64,000 bases of DNA, from the NCBI GenBank assembly GCA_050294405.1, contig JBNKOC010000012.1:96001-160000 (forward strand), in the 5' to 3' direction. This document shows, in pieces, positions 49,264 to 58,296 of this stretch (position 1 is its first letter; each line of letters begins with the position of its first letter). The DNA is from Fibrobacteria bacterium. GTDB taxonomy: Bacteria > Fibrobacterota > Fibrobacteria > UBA11236 > JADFYW01. The notes below the pieces were generated by a model. It worked only from the letters and a program-made list of their open reading frames with translations. It was not told where the DNA came from and did not search any database. A program made the position numbers and the translations under genes.

Positions 49264-49293
49264 TGAGCGTTTTTTAAGCTAGCTAGCGTCTTA
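49264..49293 (+). promoter_or_regulatory. Putative ECF sigma promoter of envelope module copy B
   Basis: TGAGCG-N16-GCGTCTTA, matching 43704-43733. Confidence 0.6.
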
Positions 49294-49333
49294 AGATCAG
49301 AATAAAAACAAACGGCTAAAAAGTGAGGAAATT

Positions 49334-49882
49334 ATGAAAAAATGGCTGATTTTAATGTTGGGCCTTTGCCTTGAAAGCCTAATGGCTAACCCAAAAACAG
49401 CCTATAACCCCCTTTCTGTGTATCGGGGCGGCGTATTATTTGGATCTGTATACTCCCTTAACCCGGAATTAAGAGACTATTCCGAGCAATTTTTAAAACT
49501 CAATTTTGATAACCGAATCAGCGTTTCCCCCCAGGTAGACGTGGTGGCTGATGTTAATTGGCATTTGCCGGGTAACAACTTCGGATTTGATTTGGGTGCT
49601 GATTTTTATCTGTTCCAGGGAAGCTTTAAACCTTTTATGGGGTTTGGGGTAGGTGCTCAATATTTTGACAAATACCAGGATTTTGGAGAAAATATTGGAG
49701 CTTTGGTTACCGCCAGACTTGGGATGTTTATGGAAATAGGAGATAGACTGAGCGTATTGATTCAGGTTCCTTACTCCATAACCACAAATGTAGATAGGGA
49801 TAATAGCGTTGGATTGCAAATAGGTTTTGTTTTTTCAGATGGTCTGCGCCATGTTCAAAAAATTAGTTGGAAAGATTTGTAA
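49334..49882 (+). CDS. Small outer-membrane beta-barrel-like protein (copy B)
   Basis: Paralog of 40146-40712; signal peptide; SD GAGG. Confidence 0.72.
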   Translation: MKKWLILMLGLCLESLMANPKTAYNPLSVYRGGVLFGSVYSLNPELRDYSEQFLKLNFDNRISVSPQVDVVADVNWHLPGNNFGFDLGADFYLFQGSFKPFMGFGVGAQYFDKYQDFGENIGALVTARLGMFMEIGDRLSVLIQVPYSITTNVDRDNSVGLQIGFVFSDGLRHVQKISWKDL

Positions 49883-49897
49883 TTAAGGAGCAAGATT

Positions 49898-50434
49898 ATG
49901 TTTACAAGAAAAATAATTTTAATTGGTGCGTTTGTTTGCGGCCTCTTTGCTTCTGAAAAAGAAGACAAAAGAATAACCATAGTGCGGGCCAATGCTGTTT
50001 CCTCGCAAAACGACAGCATTCAATCCCGCTTATTGGAAGAATGTATAGAAATGGTTCCCACTCTTTCAGGCTTAAGCCCCAGTGTGGAAAAAGCCCCTAT
50101 ATATTTAAAAGAAGTGAATGGGCACAAGGAGGAAAATGGATTTTGGGATACTTATTCTGCTGTTTTGAACTTGAGCTATAAAGTTAAGCAAAAAGAGCTG
50201 TTAGTGGTCCCTGGGTCTAAAATAATAGATGGCGAACCTCAGCTTAAGGTTTTAGAAAAGAGCTTGATGAAAAATAAAAAATTCAGTTCCCGTTCTGGAA
50301 ATGGGGACATCTTTGCAGGCAGGTCCAAACGCAAATATTATTTTTCCACAGAAGATGGAGCTGTTTATGATGTTATGTTACAAGCCGAAAATTGGTTGAA
50401 AAGTCAAAATGCAGTACTGTGCAATAAGAGGTGA
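49898..50434 (+). CDS. Exported hypothetical protein (copy B)
   Basis: Paralog of 40716-41261 (LLEECIE, NGDIFAGRSKRKYYFS, AVLC). Confidence 0.72.
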   Translation: MFTRKIILIGAFVCGLFASEKEDKRITIVRANAVSSQNDSIQSRLLEECIEMVPTLSGLSPSVEKAPIYLKEVNGHKEENGFWDTYSAVLNLSYKVKQKELLVVPGSKIIDGEPQLKVLEKSLMKNKKFSSRSGNGDIFAGRSKRKYYFSTEDGAVYDVMLQAENWLKSQNAVLCNKR

Positions 50435-50437
50435 ATT

Positions 50438-51019
50438 ATGTTAAACGCCATTTTTAAATTTTTCTTTTTAGCTTTAATTGCCATTTCGCTTAACCATTGT
50501 GGCAAGAAAGTAAGCCGCGTGGAAACGGATTCCACCATTGATTTATCCGGAAAATGGAATGATGCCGATTCCAGGATGGTAGCCGAAGCCATGGTGGAGG
50601 ATTGTCTGTCAAAACCCTGGCTCTATCCCTTTCAGCAAAACAAACAAAATCCCAGGGTAATTATTGGGCAAATAAGAAATAAAAGTCATGAACATATTTC
50701 TGTTGAAACCTTTGTAAGGGATATGGAAAGAGCTTTGCTCAATTCTGGAAAAGTGGATTTTGTAGCTGGAAAAATAGAACGGCAGCAACTGAGGGGTGAA
50801 GTAAATGATATGCAATCCAATGCCTCAGCTCAAACAGCAAAGTCGAGGGGAGAAGAGCTGGGAGCTCAGTTGATGTTAATTGGAACTTTAAACGCGATTA
50901 CAGATAAAGAAGGAAAAAATTCGGTAGTATTTTATCAGGTAAATATGGAGTTAATCGAATTAGAAAGCAATTCCAAAAAATGGACAGGTGAAAAGAAGAT
51001 TAAAAAATATATCCAATAA
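50438..51019 (+). CDS. lpoB: LpoB-like lipoprotein (copy B)
   Basis: CGKKVSRV..DSTIDLSG.WND.DSR shared with 41490-42089; six residues shorter at the C-terminus. Confidence 0.75.
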   Translation: MLNAIFKFFFLALIAISLNHCGKKVSRVETDSTIDLSGKWNDADSRMVAEAMVEDCLSKPWLYPFQQNKQNPRVIIGQIRNKSHEHISVETFVRDMERALLNSGKVDFVAGKIERQQLRGEVNDMQSNASAQTAKSRGEELGAQLMLIGTLNAITDKEGKNSVVFYQVNMELIELESNSKKWTGEKKIKKYIQ

Positions 51020-51035
51020 TTTAGATGTATTATGC

Positions 51036-51413
51036 CTATTCGTCTGAGGAAGAAGATATCCAGTTTTCAGCTTCAGCAACATCAAAAAATACTTTTGAAG
51101 GAATACCAATATTGTTAGTCACATTTTCATAAAATTCCAAAGTGTCCTTTGGAATTTTTTTTGATACTAAAAACGCGACTTTTTCAGAACGGGGAAGGTT
51201 TAATTCATCCAGATGGCGGGGGAGATAAAAAAGCTCGGACACAGACATTTGCAACTTAGCAAAGCGAATATCATAAATAATGGGGTAGCCCATATCCTGG
51301 GCTAAATGTCGCCCTTCTTTCCCAATGCTTTGAGAAAAATCAAAATTTAAGTCGCCAGAAATTTCAAGGCGAATAAATTTGCGTTCGTGATCAATATGTG
51401 GTTTTATTTCCAT
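51036..51413 (-). CDS. STAS/SEC14 (SpoIIAA-like) small protein
   Basis: IIYDIR, KVAFLV, FYE, KVFFDVAEAENWI. Confidence 0.65.
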   Translation of the reverse strand: MEIKPHIDHERKFIRLEISGDLNFDFSQSIGKEGRHLAQDMGYPIIYDIRFAKLQMSVSELFYLPRHLDELNLPRSEKVAFLVSKKIPKDTLEFYENVTNNIGIPSKVFFDVAEAENWISSSSDE

Positions 51414-51442
51414 TTTTAATAATTAAACAGGAAGTTTAGATA

Positions 51443-52276
51443 TTAATATAATTTTTCCAGATTAATTTTTTGTTGTTTTCCGCGCTTAATTTGTAAATCT
51501 TGTCTTTTTTCTTCTAAAATCATGTTTTCCACCCAGGTAAAGTGGTATTTATGACTTTCAATTATTCTTTCTTGAAAATTTGCTAAATCGGCTTTCAAAT
51601 TTGAGCATTCTTCTTTGCTTAGTATACAACCTGTCTCTGTATAAAAAATTTGGTTTTTATTACTATCCAAATCAGAAAAGGCCCATTTATTTTCCAGCAG
51701 TTTGTGATTGTTTGTTTTAGCTTTTGTTAATAATTGAAAATGAATAATGGCTTGATCCCGCCAATTAAACACCTGAGTTACAGGTTCGTTTAAACTGATT
51801 ATGGAGACAACATTTTCAGATTTATCTTGTTTTGAGAAGGCGTCCCAAATACGTTTTAAATAAGTATACCCGGATTCAAAGCTAACAAAGGAAATTTTAT
51901 GACTGTAATTGGGAACAATCGAATCTAGCCGGGTAAAAAGGCAATACATAATATCTTCTGTAAAATTATCTAATCGGCCAGAACTTTTTCCGGTCCCGGG
52001 TTTGTCAAATTGAAGGGTGGAAAACCCCTCCTTTAAAAATTCAGTTTTCCAATACTCAAATAGAGGAGGGTTGGAAGAATTATGTCGGCCACTGCCATCC
52101 ATATATCCGCCTGCGGGAATGAAAAAGAATAATATGCAATTGCGCTTTTCGGGTATGTTTATATATACCCTTATGTTTTCTTCATAACAGGATACGGACT
52201 TTTCAATAACCGTATTCTTTGAGTATCCCCAGTTGCCCAAAAATAAAAAAAAATATATGAGGCATACTTTTAACAC
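51443..52276 (-). CDS. Exported degenerate alpha/beta-hydrolase-like protein
   Basis: GFSTLQFDKPGTGKSSG present, but SFESG where GxSxG is expected. Confidence 0.55.
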   Translation of the reverse strand: MLKVCLIYFFLFLGNWGYSKNTVIEKSVSCYEENIRVYINIPEKRNCILFFFIPAGGYMDGSGRHNSSNPPLFEYWKTEFLKEGFSTLQFDKPGTGKSSGRLDNFTEDIMYCLFTRLDSIVPNYSHKISFVSFESGYTYLKRIWDAFSKQDKSENVVSIISLNEPVTQVFNWRDQAIIHFQLLTKAKTNNHKLLENKWAFSDLDSNKNQIFYTETGCILSKEECSNLKADLANFQERIIESHKYHFTWVENMILEEKRQDLQIKRGKQQKINLEKLY

Positions 52277-53175
52277 GCTAGTACTTTTTGGGCCAGCTCC
52301 TTGAAGTCCATTGAAGCCGGGGATTGCGGGGATTGTAAAATAAGCGGGGTTCTTTTTTCTATGGATTCTAAAACATTTGTGTCATGTTGAATCTTTCCCA
52401 GGTAATTGACTTCCAGGGATAAATATTTTTTTGCGAGTTTAATAAAGGGTTCTACCACAACTTCATCGTCTTTGGAATGGCAGTTATTAAGAACTGCGTG
52501 TACCGTAAAAACTTCTAAATCTTTTCTGGCTTTATAAGTGTTTTCCGAATCCATTTTTTCCAATTCCTGCAATATTTCTTCAACTGTTTCGAAATTGGAT
52601 TTGTTAATATGGTTAAAGGCGCTTTCCAGAAAATTTAATATTTCTTTGTTTTTCTTAAATAGGCGGGATATGATTCGGAAAACCAGGCTTTTCAAAAACA
52701 AAAAGGAACTTTCCAATGTGGTGGAAAGGGGCTCCAGTATAACAAGGCCGGTGGTAGATAGCATAAACACATCTACTACTTCGGTATTTGATCCGGTGGG
52801 CAAGTCTAAAAAGAGTAAATCGCAATTTAAGGATTTTAACCCTCGAAATAAGCGCTGCTTTTGATTGTAGTTGGGCGTGGTAAGTCCCATAACTTCCGAG
52901 GCCCCGCTTATTAACAGAGCCTCTGTATGCGGGTTTGTTAAAAGTATGGAATGCAGGTTGGCGTATTTATCGTAGATAAAATCTTTAAGAGTTCGTCTGG
53001 GCATGGGAACCCCTAAAAAAGTATGCAAATTGGAAGAGCCCACATTGGTATCCACCATTGTCACAATTTTTTCAGATTGAGATAACGCCGTGGCCAGGTT
53101 AGCCACCACAAAGGATTTACCAACTCCGCCTTTCCCTCCACCTACGGCAATTATTTTTTTATTTCTAAAAACCAA
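52270..53175 (-). CDS. MinD/FlhG-family P-loop ATPase
   Basis: GGGKGGVGKS, ANLA, NLHTFLG, FLDLPTG, YLGKI.HD..V. Confidence 0.85.
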   Translation of the reverse strand: MVFRNKKIIAVGGGKGGVGKSFVVANLATALSQSEKIVTMVDTNVGSSNLHTFLGVPMPRRTLKDFIYDKYANLHSILLTNPHTEALLISGASEVMGLTTPNYNQKQRLFRGLKSLNCDLLFLDLPTGSNTEVVDVFMLSTTGLVILEPLSTTLESSFLFLKSLVFRIISRLFKKNKEILNFLESAFNHINKSNFETVEEILQELEKMDSENTYKARKDLEVFTVHAVLNNCHSKDDEVVVEPFIKLAKKYLSLEVNYLGKIQHDTNVLESIEKRTPLILQSPQSPASMDFKELAQKVLAC

Positions 53176-53185
53176 ATTTTACCTT

Positions 53186-54904
53186 TTAAAAAATTAAGCA
53201 GACCAAATGCCATCCATCTTCTTTGCCCTCGCAAGCAGAGTTGTTACAAACATGGAAACGTTCGCCTTTCAAAAAATAATCCAGTTCCCCGCAGCCAAGG
53301 CATTGGTACTCTCCGCTAAAGTCTATTATCTGTGAAACCTCGCCCACTGGAACATCTAAAAACTCTTCTTCATCGTCTAAAACGTCTTCCGCTTGTGGGG
53401 ATTCTTTCTGGGCAACTGCTGTGGAACTGGAAGGTTCAAGTTTTTCCTGGGATTTATTTGAGGGAGTTTTAGCTTGGGAAACAACATCCGCCCCTTCACC
53501 TTCTTCTTCAAACAACTCGGGGTCTACTTCCACAGAATCGAGACTTCCCAGTAAATCTTCATCCACTCCGGATTCGGCGGTATCGCCCATTAAGTTGTAA
53601 TAGGATTCTGTGGTGCGTACTTCTGAAGTTTCACTTTCTTCTGTGGCGGGCCCTTCAAATTTCTCTTCCTCAGTGTTACCCTGGTCTTCTCGTGTTGTTT
53701 CTTCGCTATTATTTTGGTTTAATGGGTCAGTTTGTTGTTCTTCCTCGTCCCCATCTAAATCATCCGCAGTTTCCGTTGCTTGATTTGATAAATCAGTTTT
53801 GTCTGGGTTCTCCTCAGCTAGGTTAGCACTTTCTAAGCTCCTATTTGCTTCAATTGAATCTTCTTCAACTTCTTCACTTTCCTCTTCGGAAAATAAATCT
53901 TCATCTACAGATACATCATCAAGCTCTTCGAGCATGTTAGAGGCCAGGTCTAAATCCCTGTCAGCGGAATCTCCCATGATGTTATAAAAGGAATCGCTGC
54001 TTCTTTCCTCGGATACTTCCAGATTTTCTTCCACCTCTTCCCGGTTTTCGACAGCTTCATGGGAAACACTTTCTTCAATAAGCTCCCCATCTTCTTTATT
54101 TAAAAAATCGAGTTTGTCACTAACATCGCTGTCTTTGTTCAGTTCTTCTAACTTGCGGATATCAATTTTTTCCGTAATAGAATTGGTCTTTTTTTCTTCC
54201 CCATCAGCTGCGGGTTCTTCACTCCCTAAATTTTCTTCTTGCGCAGATTTGTCTAAAGAGCCGTAGTTCTCCGGGGCAAGCTCCAATTCTTCTATTGGCT
54301 CGCTTTCAGTTTTGTTGTCTTCTTCTTGGGTAACTTGTCCTTCATCAAGCGCATCCAAATCCTCAAGCTCTGAAATTTCTTTTTCAATTTCTTCTAAGAC
54401 CGCATCGTCATTGGAATCAGGAAGCTCCTCATCAATGTCTTCGGATTGCCCTTCCTCTTCTATTTCATTTGCAATGGCCTTGGCTGGTTCTTCTTTTGCG
54501 TAGATATTTCCTGCCGCAGGACTTTCCTCAATGGTAATTTTTTCTCCCTCTTCATGGGAAAATACGCTGGCCGATTCGTTATTCCTTTTAAATTCCTCCA
54601 GGCTTTTATATACATCACATAAGCTGGTTAATCGGGTGGTTTTTAACATGGAGTGTTTGTCTTCATCCACTCCTGTTAAAATTAAAGATCCGGAAAGGGA
54701 TTTTAAATTGCGAATCCATTTAGTGAGCAAGTTGGTGTAACCCCGCTCAAAATCATTTACCTGACTGATATCCAGAATCAAGTGATCCTGCTGTTTTTTA
54801 AGACAACTGGCAAAAGATTTTTCAATAAAATCCAAAGCCTGGGCTTCATCCAGTTTAGGAGGCAGCTCTACTAAATGGTATTTTTGACTTTTCAATTCAG
54901 GCAT
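53186..54904 (-). CDS. STAS domain, long acidic disordered linker and C-terminal zinc ribbon
   Basis: LILDISQV...LSGSLILTGV...DVYKSLEE; E/D-rich middle; SGEYQCLGCG...KGERFHVCNNSAC. Confidence 0.75.
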   Translation of the reverse strand: MPELKSQKYHLVELPPKLDEAQALDFIEKSFASCLKKQQDHLILDISQVNDFERGYTNLLTKWIRNLKSLSGSLILTGVDEDKHSMLKTTRLTSLCDVYKSLEEFKRNNESASVFSHEEGEKITIEESPAAGNIYAKEEPAKAIANEIEEEGQSEDIDEELPDSNDDAVLEEIEKEISELEDLDALDEGQVTQEEDNKTESEPIEELELAPENYGSLDKSAQEENLGSEEPAADGEEKKTNSITEKIDIRKLEELNKDSDVSDKLDFLNKEDGELIEESVSHEAVENREEVEENLEVSEERSSDSFYNIMGDSADRDLDLASNMLEELDDVSVDEDLFSEEESEEVEEDSIEANRSLESANLAEENPDKTDLSNQATETADDLDGDEEEQQTDPLNQNNSEETTREDQGNTEEEKFEGPATEESETSEVRTTESYYNLMGDTAESGVDEDLLGSLDSVEVDPELFEEEGEGADVVSQAKTPSNKSQEKLEPSSSTAVAQKESPQAEDVLDDEEEFLDVPVGEVSQIIDFSGEYQCLGCGELDYFLKGERFHVCNNSACEGKEDGWHLVCLIF

Positions 54905-55016
54905 GATAATGGGGTTTTTTAGGCCCCAATGCCATTGTATCACGCCAAAGCCAAAAAGTGCAATTTTTAATTTAAATTGATAAAATTTCGCAAAAAACTA
55001 GAATCCATTGGAATCC

Positions 55017-55047
55017 AAAAAAAAAGCTATCTGGAAGTCCAGATAGC
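55017..55047 (-). terminator. Intrinsic terminator after rpmB
   Basis: A9-GCTATCTGGA-AG-TCCAGATAGC. Confidence 0.8.
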
Positions 55048-55070
55048 CCAATTCTTAAAAAAAGCTTGGC

Positions 55071-55304
55071 TTATTTACCAGATTTCTTTGCAAGGCGGCT
55101 TAGTACAGCCTTAATACCAATTTTATTGATGGTGCGCATGCCGTGATTGGAAACCTTTAAAGTAACCCATTTGTTTTCGCCGGGAACCCAAAATTTCTTC
55201 TTATGAAGATTGGGTTTGGAAAACTTAATGCTATGGTTCATGGCATGAGAAACCTGTCGGCCTTTTAGCCTCTTTTTACCAGTTACATCGCAAACAACAC
55301 TCAT
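55071..55304 (-). CDS. rpmB: 50S ribosomal protein L28
   Basis: CDVTGKK, VSHA, PNLHKKKFWVP, LKVS..GMRTINKIG. Confidence 0.95.
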   Translation of the reverse strand: MSVVCDVTGKKRLKGRQVSHAMNHSIKFSKPNLHKKKFWVPGENKWVTLKVSNHGMRTINKIGIKAVLSRLAKKSGK

Positions 55305-55463
55305 ACAAAATCCTTGTTCAAATTCAGGGCGAAAAATATAATATCCCTGCTGGAATTTACCAAATTTAACAGCCCATTTATTGGGTCTGTGGAGGAAATA
55401 CCTTAAAGAAAGATAAAAAAAACTAAAAATTGCTAATTTTAGCCGGTTTTAGCGGGTGACCCC

Positions 55464-56534
55464 TTAACCTAAAAAAGAGTGAATGGCTTTTAAACAGGCC
55501 TTGGCACCAAAATCCACTGAAGCATAGGCTGGCTTTAAATTGAGGGCCCAGTCCAGGTACTTTGCTAAACTCAGTTTTTGAAAATCCTCTTCCACTAATT
55601 CCCGTGAAATTTTAAACGCGGATAAGTAGTCCTTAAGGGTTTCAAATTCGGCAAATCCGCTTCGGGAGCTGTAAACCAGCGGCGTTTTGTGGCAAAGCAC
55701 TTCGCCAATTAATCCATAACCTAATTTTCCCAGCACCATTTGGCAGCTAGATAAAAGTCCAGAGTAACTTAAGCTTTGGGGAATTTTAATAAAATGATAA
55801 TTTGCCGCTGGGTTTTCCATGGGGTACAGTCCTAAAAAAATCCAGTCCTGATACTCCTCTAAGCGTTTCCAGTTTTGTTTGCCAGCGCCTTGGTGGCCAA
55901 GATACATCAGAGCCCAATGTTTGTTTTCGGGAATCCCTAAGGCGGCGGCGTATTCCTCTTTGTTGCCTAATATTCCCTTTGCTAACAAGGGCATTGTTTG
56001 TCTGTTAAGAAGCCCCCGGCAAGCCATGTGGGGGGTAAGCAGCAAACTGGCATTGGCCTGGTTATAGTCTTCTTCCATTTGAGATAATAAAGGGGAATAT
56101 TGGGGGAAGTTTTTTAAATAAGGCTCGTATATATCGCACCAGGTAAAATTGGCCAGAGCAATAGATATTATTCCCAGGTTCCTTGCCGCCTGAAAGCATA
56201 AAGGGGGAATATCGCCAAGTACCAAATTTATTTTGTCTTCCTTTAAGAAGTTTTGTATTCGCTCTATTAAGGCGTTACGGTTTCCATTTATTTTTCCGTA
56301 TGTTATGAGGGAAAGTTCTTCTTCCACCGATTGGTTGTCTTTTTGGATGGCGCCGCAGTCCAATTCTATGTTCTGATATTCAAAGGGGCGTTTGATTTCC
56401 CTTTTAAAAAACGCCCCTTCCAACGAACTGTAAATTTTAACATTCCATTGCTTGGGCATGGCATTAATTAAAGTAGTGCTGCGCACCCCATGCCCATAGC
56501 CGTGACCGGAAATGAAATAAGCTATGTAACTCAC
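55464..56534 (-). CDS. GT-B glycosyltransferase-like protein
   Basis: YFISGHGYGHGVRS, GDIPPL, NFTW.DIY, GKLGYG, R..FAE. Confidence 0.75.
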   Translation of the reverse strand: MSYIAYFISGHGYGHGVRSTTLINAMPKQWNVKIYSSLEGAFFKREIKRPFEYQNIELDCGAIQKDNQSVEEELSLITYGKINGNRNALIERIQNFLKEDKINLVLGDIPPLCFQAARNLGIISIALANFTWCDIYEPYLKNFPQYSPLLSQMEEDYNQANASLLLTPHMACRGLLNRQTMPLLAKGILGNKEEYAAALGIPENKHWALMYLGHQGAGKQNWKRLEEYQDWIFLGLYPMENPAANYHFIKIPQSLSYSGLLSSCQMVLGKLGYGLIGEVLCHKTPLVYSSRSGFAEFETLKDYLSAFKISRELVEEDFQKLSLAKYLDWALNLKPAYASVDFGAKACLKAIHSFLG

Positions 56535-56552
56535 AGAGAAATAAGGGGAACT

Positions 56553-57482
56553 CTAAGCTGAACGCAATTCTTTGGGAATGGGGAAGTGGACATTTTCTTC
56601 CATAATAACAAACTCCCTGGCATGGCTTCCAGGAAAATGGGACTTAATCCATTTAATAACATCTTGCACCAAATCTTCAGGGGCGGAGGCGCCTGAAGAA
56701 ATTCCAATAACGGAACAATTTTTAAACCACTCCGGATTAATATCCTGAGGCCCATCAATTAAATAAGAAGGTTTTTTGTTTTCGCTGCCAATTTCCCGTA
56801 GCCTGTTGGAGTTAGAGCTATTGGAAGAACCAATTACCAATATCATATCCACTTCGCCAATAAGTTCTCTGACCGCTTTTTGCCTGTTGGTTGTGGCGTA
56901 ACACAAATCTCCCTGATCCGGACCCAATATATGCGGATACCGCGATTTTAAAGCATCAATAATGTCTTTGGTTTCATCTATGGAAAGGGTGGTCTGGGTG
57001 GTGTAGGCCAGCTTTTCGGCATCAAGCTCAAGGCTATTGGCTTCTTTCACAGAGCCAACCAAAATAACCTTGCCCTTTGGCAATTGACCCATGGTACCTT
57101 CTACTTCGGGGTGGCCACGGTGGCCAATTAATATTACTCTAACGTCTTTTTTATCGTGATTGATAACAGCAGAATGGACTTTTTTAACTAGGGGGCAGGT
57201 GGCGTCAATGGCATTTAACCCTCTCTGGCTGGCTTCTGTCACCACGCGGGTGGGAACTCCATGAGCCGAAAAAATAACCACTGAACCATCTGGAACTTCT
57301 TCCAATTCTTCTACAAAAATAGCGCCCTTTTTCTTCAGGTTGGAAACCACTGCCTTGTTATGCACAATTTCGTGGCGAACATAAATGGGGCGGCCATATT
57401 TTGAAATGGCCTGTTCTACAATGCTAATAGCCCGGTCCACCCCGGCACAAAATCCCCGGGGTTTTGCTAACAAAATTTCCAT
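56553..57482 (-). CDS. ispH: 4-hydroxy-3-methylbut-2-enyl diphosphate reductase
   Basis: PRGFCAGVDRA, IVHN, SAHGV, DATCPLV, CYATTNRQ, SSNSNRL, GASAP. Confidence 0.97.
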   Translation of the reverse strand: MEILLAKPRGFCAGVDRAISIVEQAISKYGRPIYVRHEIVHNKAVVSNLKKKGAIFVEELEEVPDGSVVIFSAHGVPTRVVTEASQRGLNAIDATCPLVKKVHSAVINHDKKDVRVILIGHRGHPEVEGTMGQLPKGKVILVGSVKEANSLELDAEKLAYTTQTTLSIDETKDIIDALKSRYPHILGPDQGDLCYATTNRQKAVRELIGEVDMILVIGSSNSSNSNRLREIGSENKKPSYLIDGPQDINPEWFKNCSVIGISSGASAPEDLVQDVIKWIKSHFPGSHAREFVIMEENVHFPIPKELRSA

Positions 57483-57527
57483 TAAACCTATGTCCTGAAA
57501 TGGGATAAAGCCAACTATCTGCTAAAA

Positions 57528-58235
57528 TTAGCCCTTTTCTTTAGGGAGAATTTCCAGCAATTCCATTTCAAAAACCAAAGTAGAATTTGGGGGAACAGTG
57601 CGACCAGCGCCCCTTTCTCCGTAACCTAAATTGGGTGGAACCACAATTCTAAACTTGCTGCCCACCTTCATAAGTTGGAGGGCTTCTGTCCATCCGGGAA
57701 TAACTCCGGTTACTGGAAAGGTGGTGGGTTGGCCACGTTTGTAGGAACTGTCGAATTCTTTTCCGTCTAAAAAAGTGCCGGTGTAATGTACCTTAACCTG
57801 GTCTTCTAAGGTGGGCATGGCATCGCCAGTACCTTCTTGTAAAACTTCGTATTGCAGGCCAGATTCAGTGGTAATGACTCCTTCTTTCTTTTTATTTGCA
57901 GCCAGGTAATCATTGCTTTCTTTTTGGGCGGCGGCTTGTTTTTCTTGCTGGAGTTTTTGGAAATATTGTCTTTTGATTTCCAGAGCTTCTTCTGCAGTGA
58001 GCAAGGCGGCTACTCCATTAAGAGTGTCGTTAAGGCCTTTAACAAATGCATCCATATTGATTTCAGCTCCTAGTTTTTCAATGGAGCCCCCAATTTCAAG
58101 ACCTAAGGCATAGCTAAATTTTGTGGAATCATTGCTTAGATCCACAGGCTTGGCCGAAGATCCACCGGATTTTTCCTGTTGGCAGGCCATAAAACCCATG
58201 CTGAGAGTGATTAGGGAAATTGCTAAAATTTTCAT
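57528..58235 (-). CDS. fkpA: FKBP-type peptidyl-prolyl isomerase (FkpA/Mip-like lipoprotein)
   Basis: SYALG, SGLQYEV, VHYTG, FDSS..RG, VIPGWTEALQLM; lipobox FMAC. Confidence 0.92.
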   Translation of the reverse strand: MKILAISLITLSMGFMACQQEKSGGSSAKPVDLSNDSTKFSYALGLEIGGSIEKLGAEINMDAFVKGLNDTLNGVAALLTAEEALEIKRQYFQKLQQEKQAAAQKESNDYLAANKKKEGVITTESGLQYEVLQEGTGDAMPTLEDQVKVHYTGTFLDGKEFDSSYKRGQPTTFPVTGVIPGWTEALQLMKVGSKFRIVVPPNLGYGERGAGRTVPPNSTLVFEMELLEILPKEKG

Positions 58236-58296
58236 GAGTTTTTTCCTTCAATAAAATTCGTTTGATTTTGGAGAGAATTATAGAAAATTAATTTCT

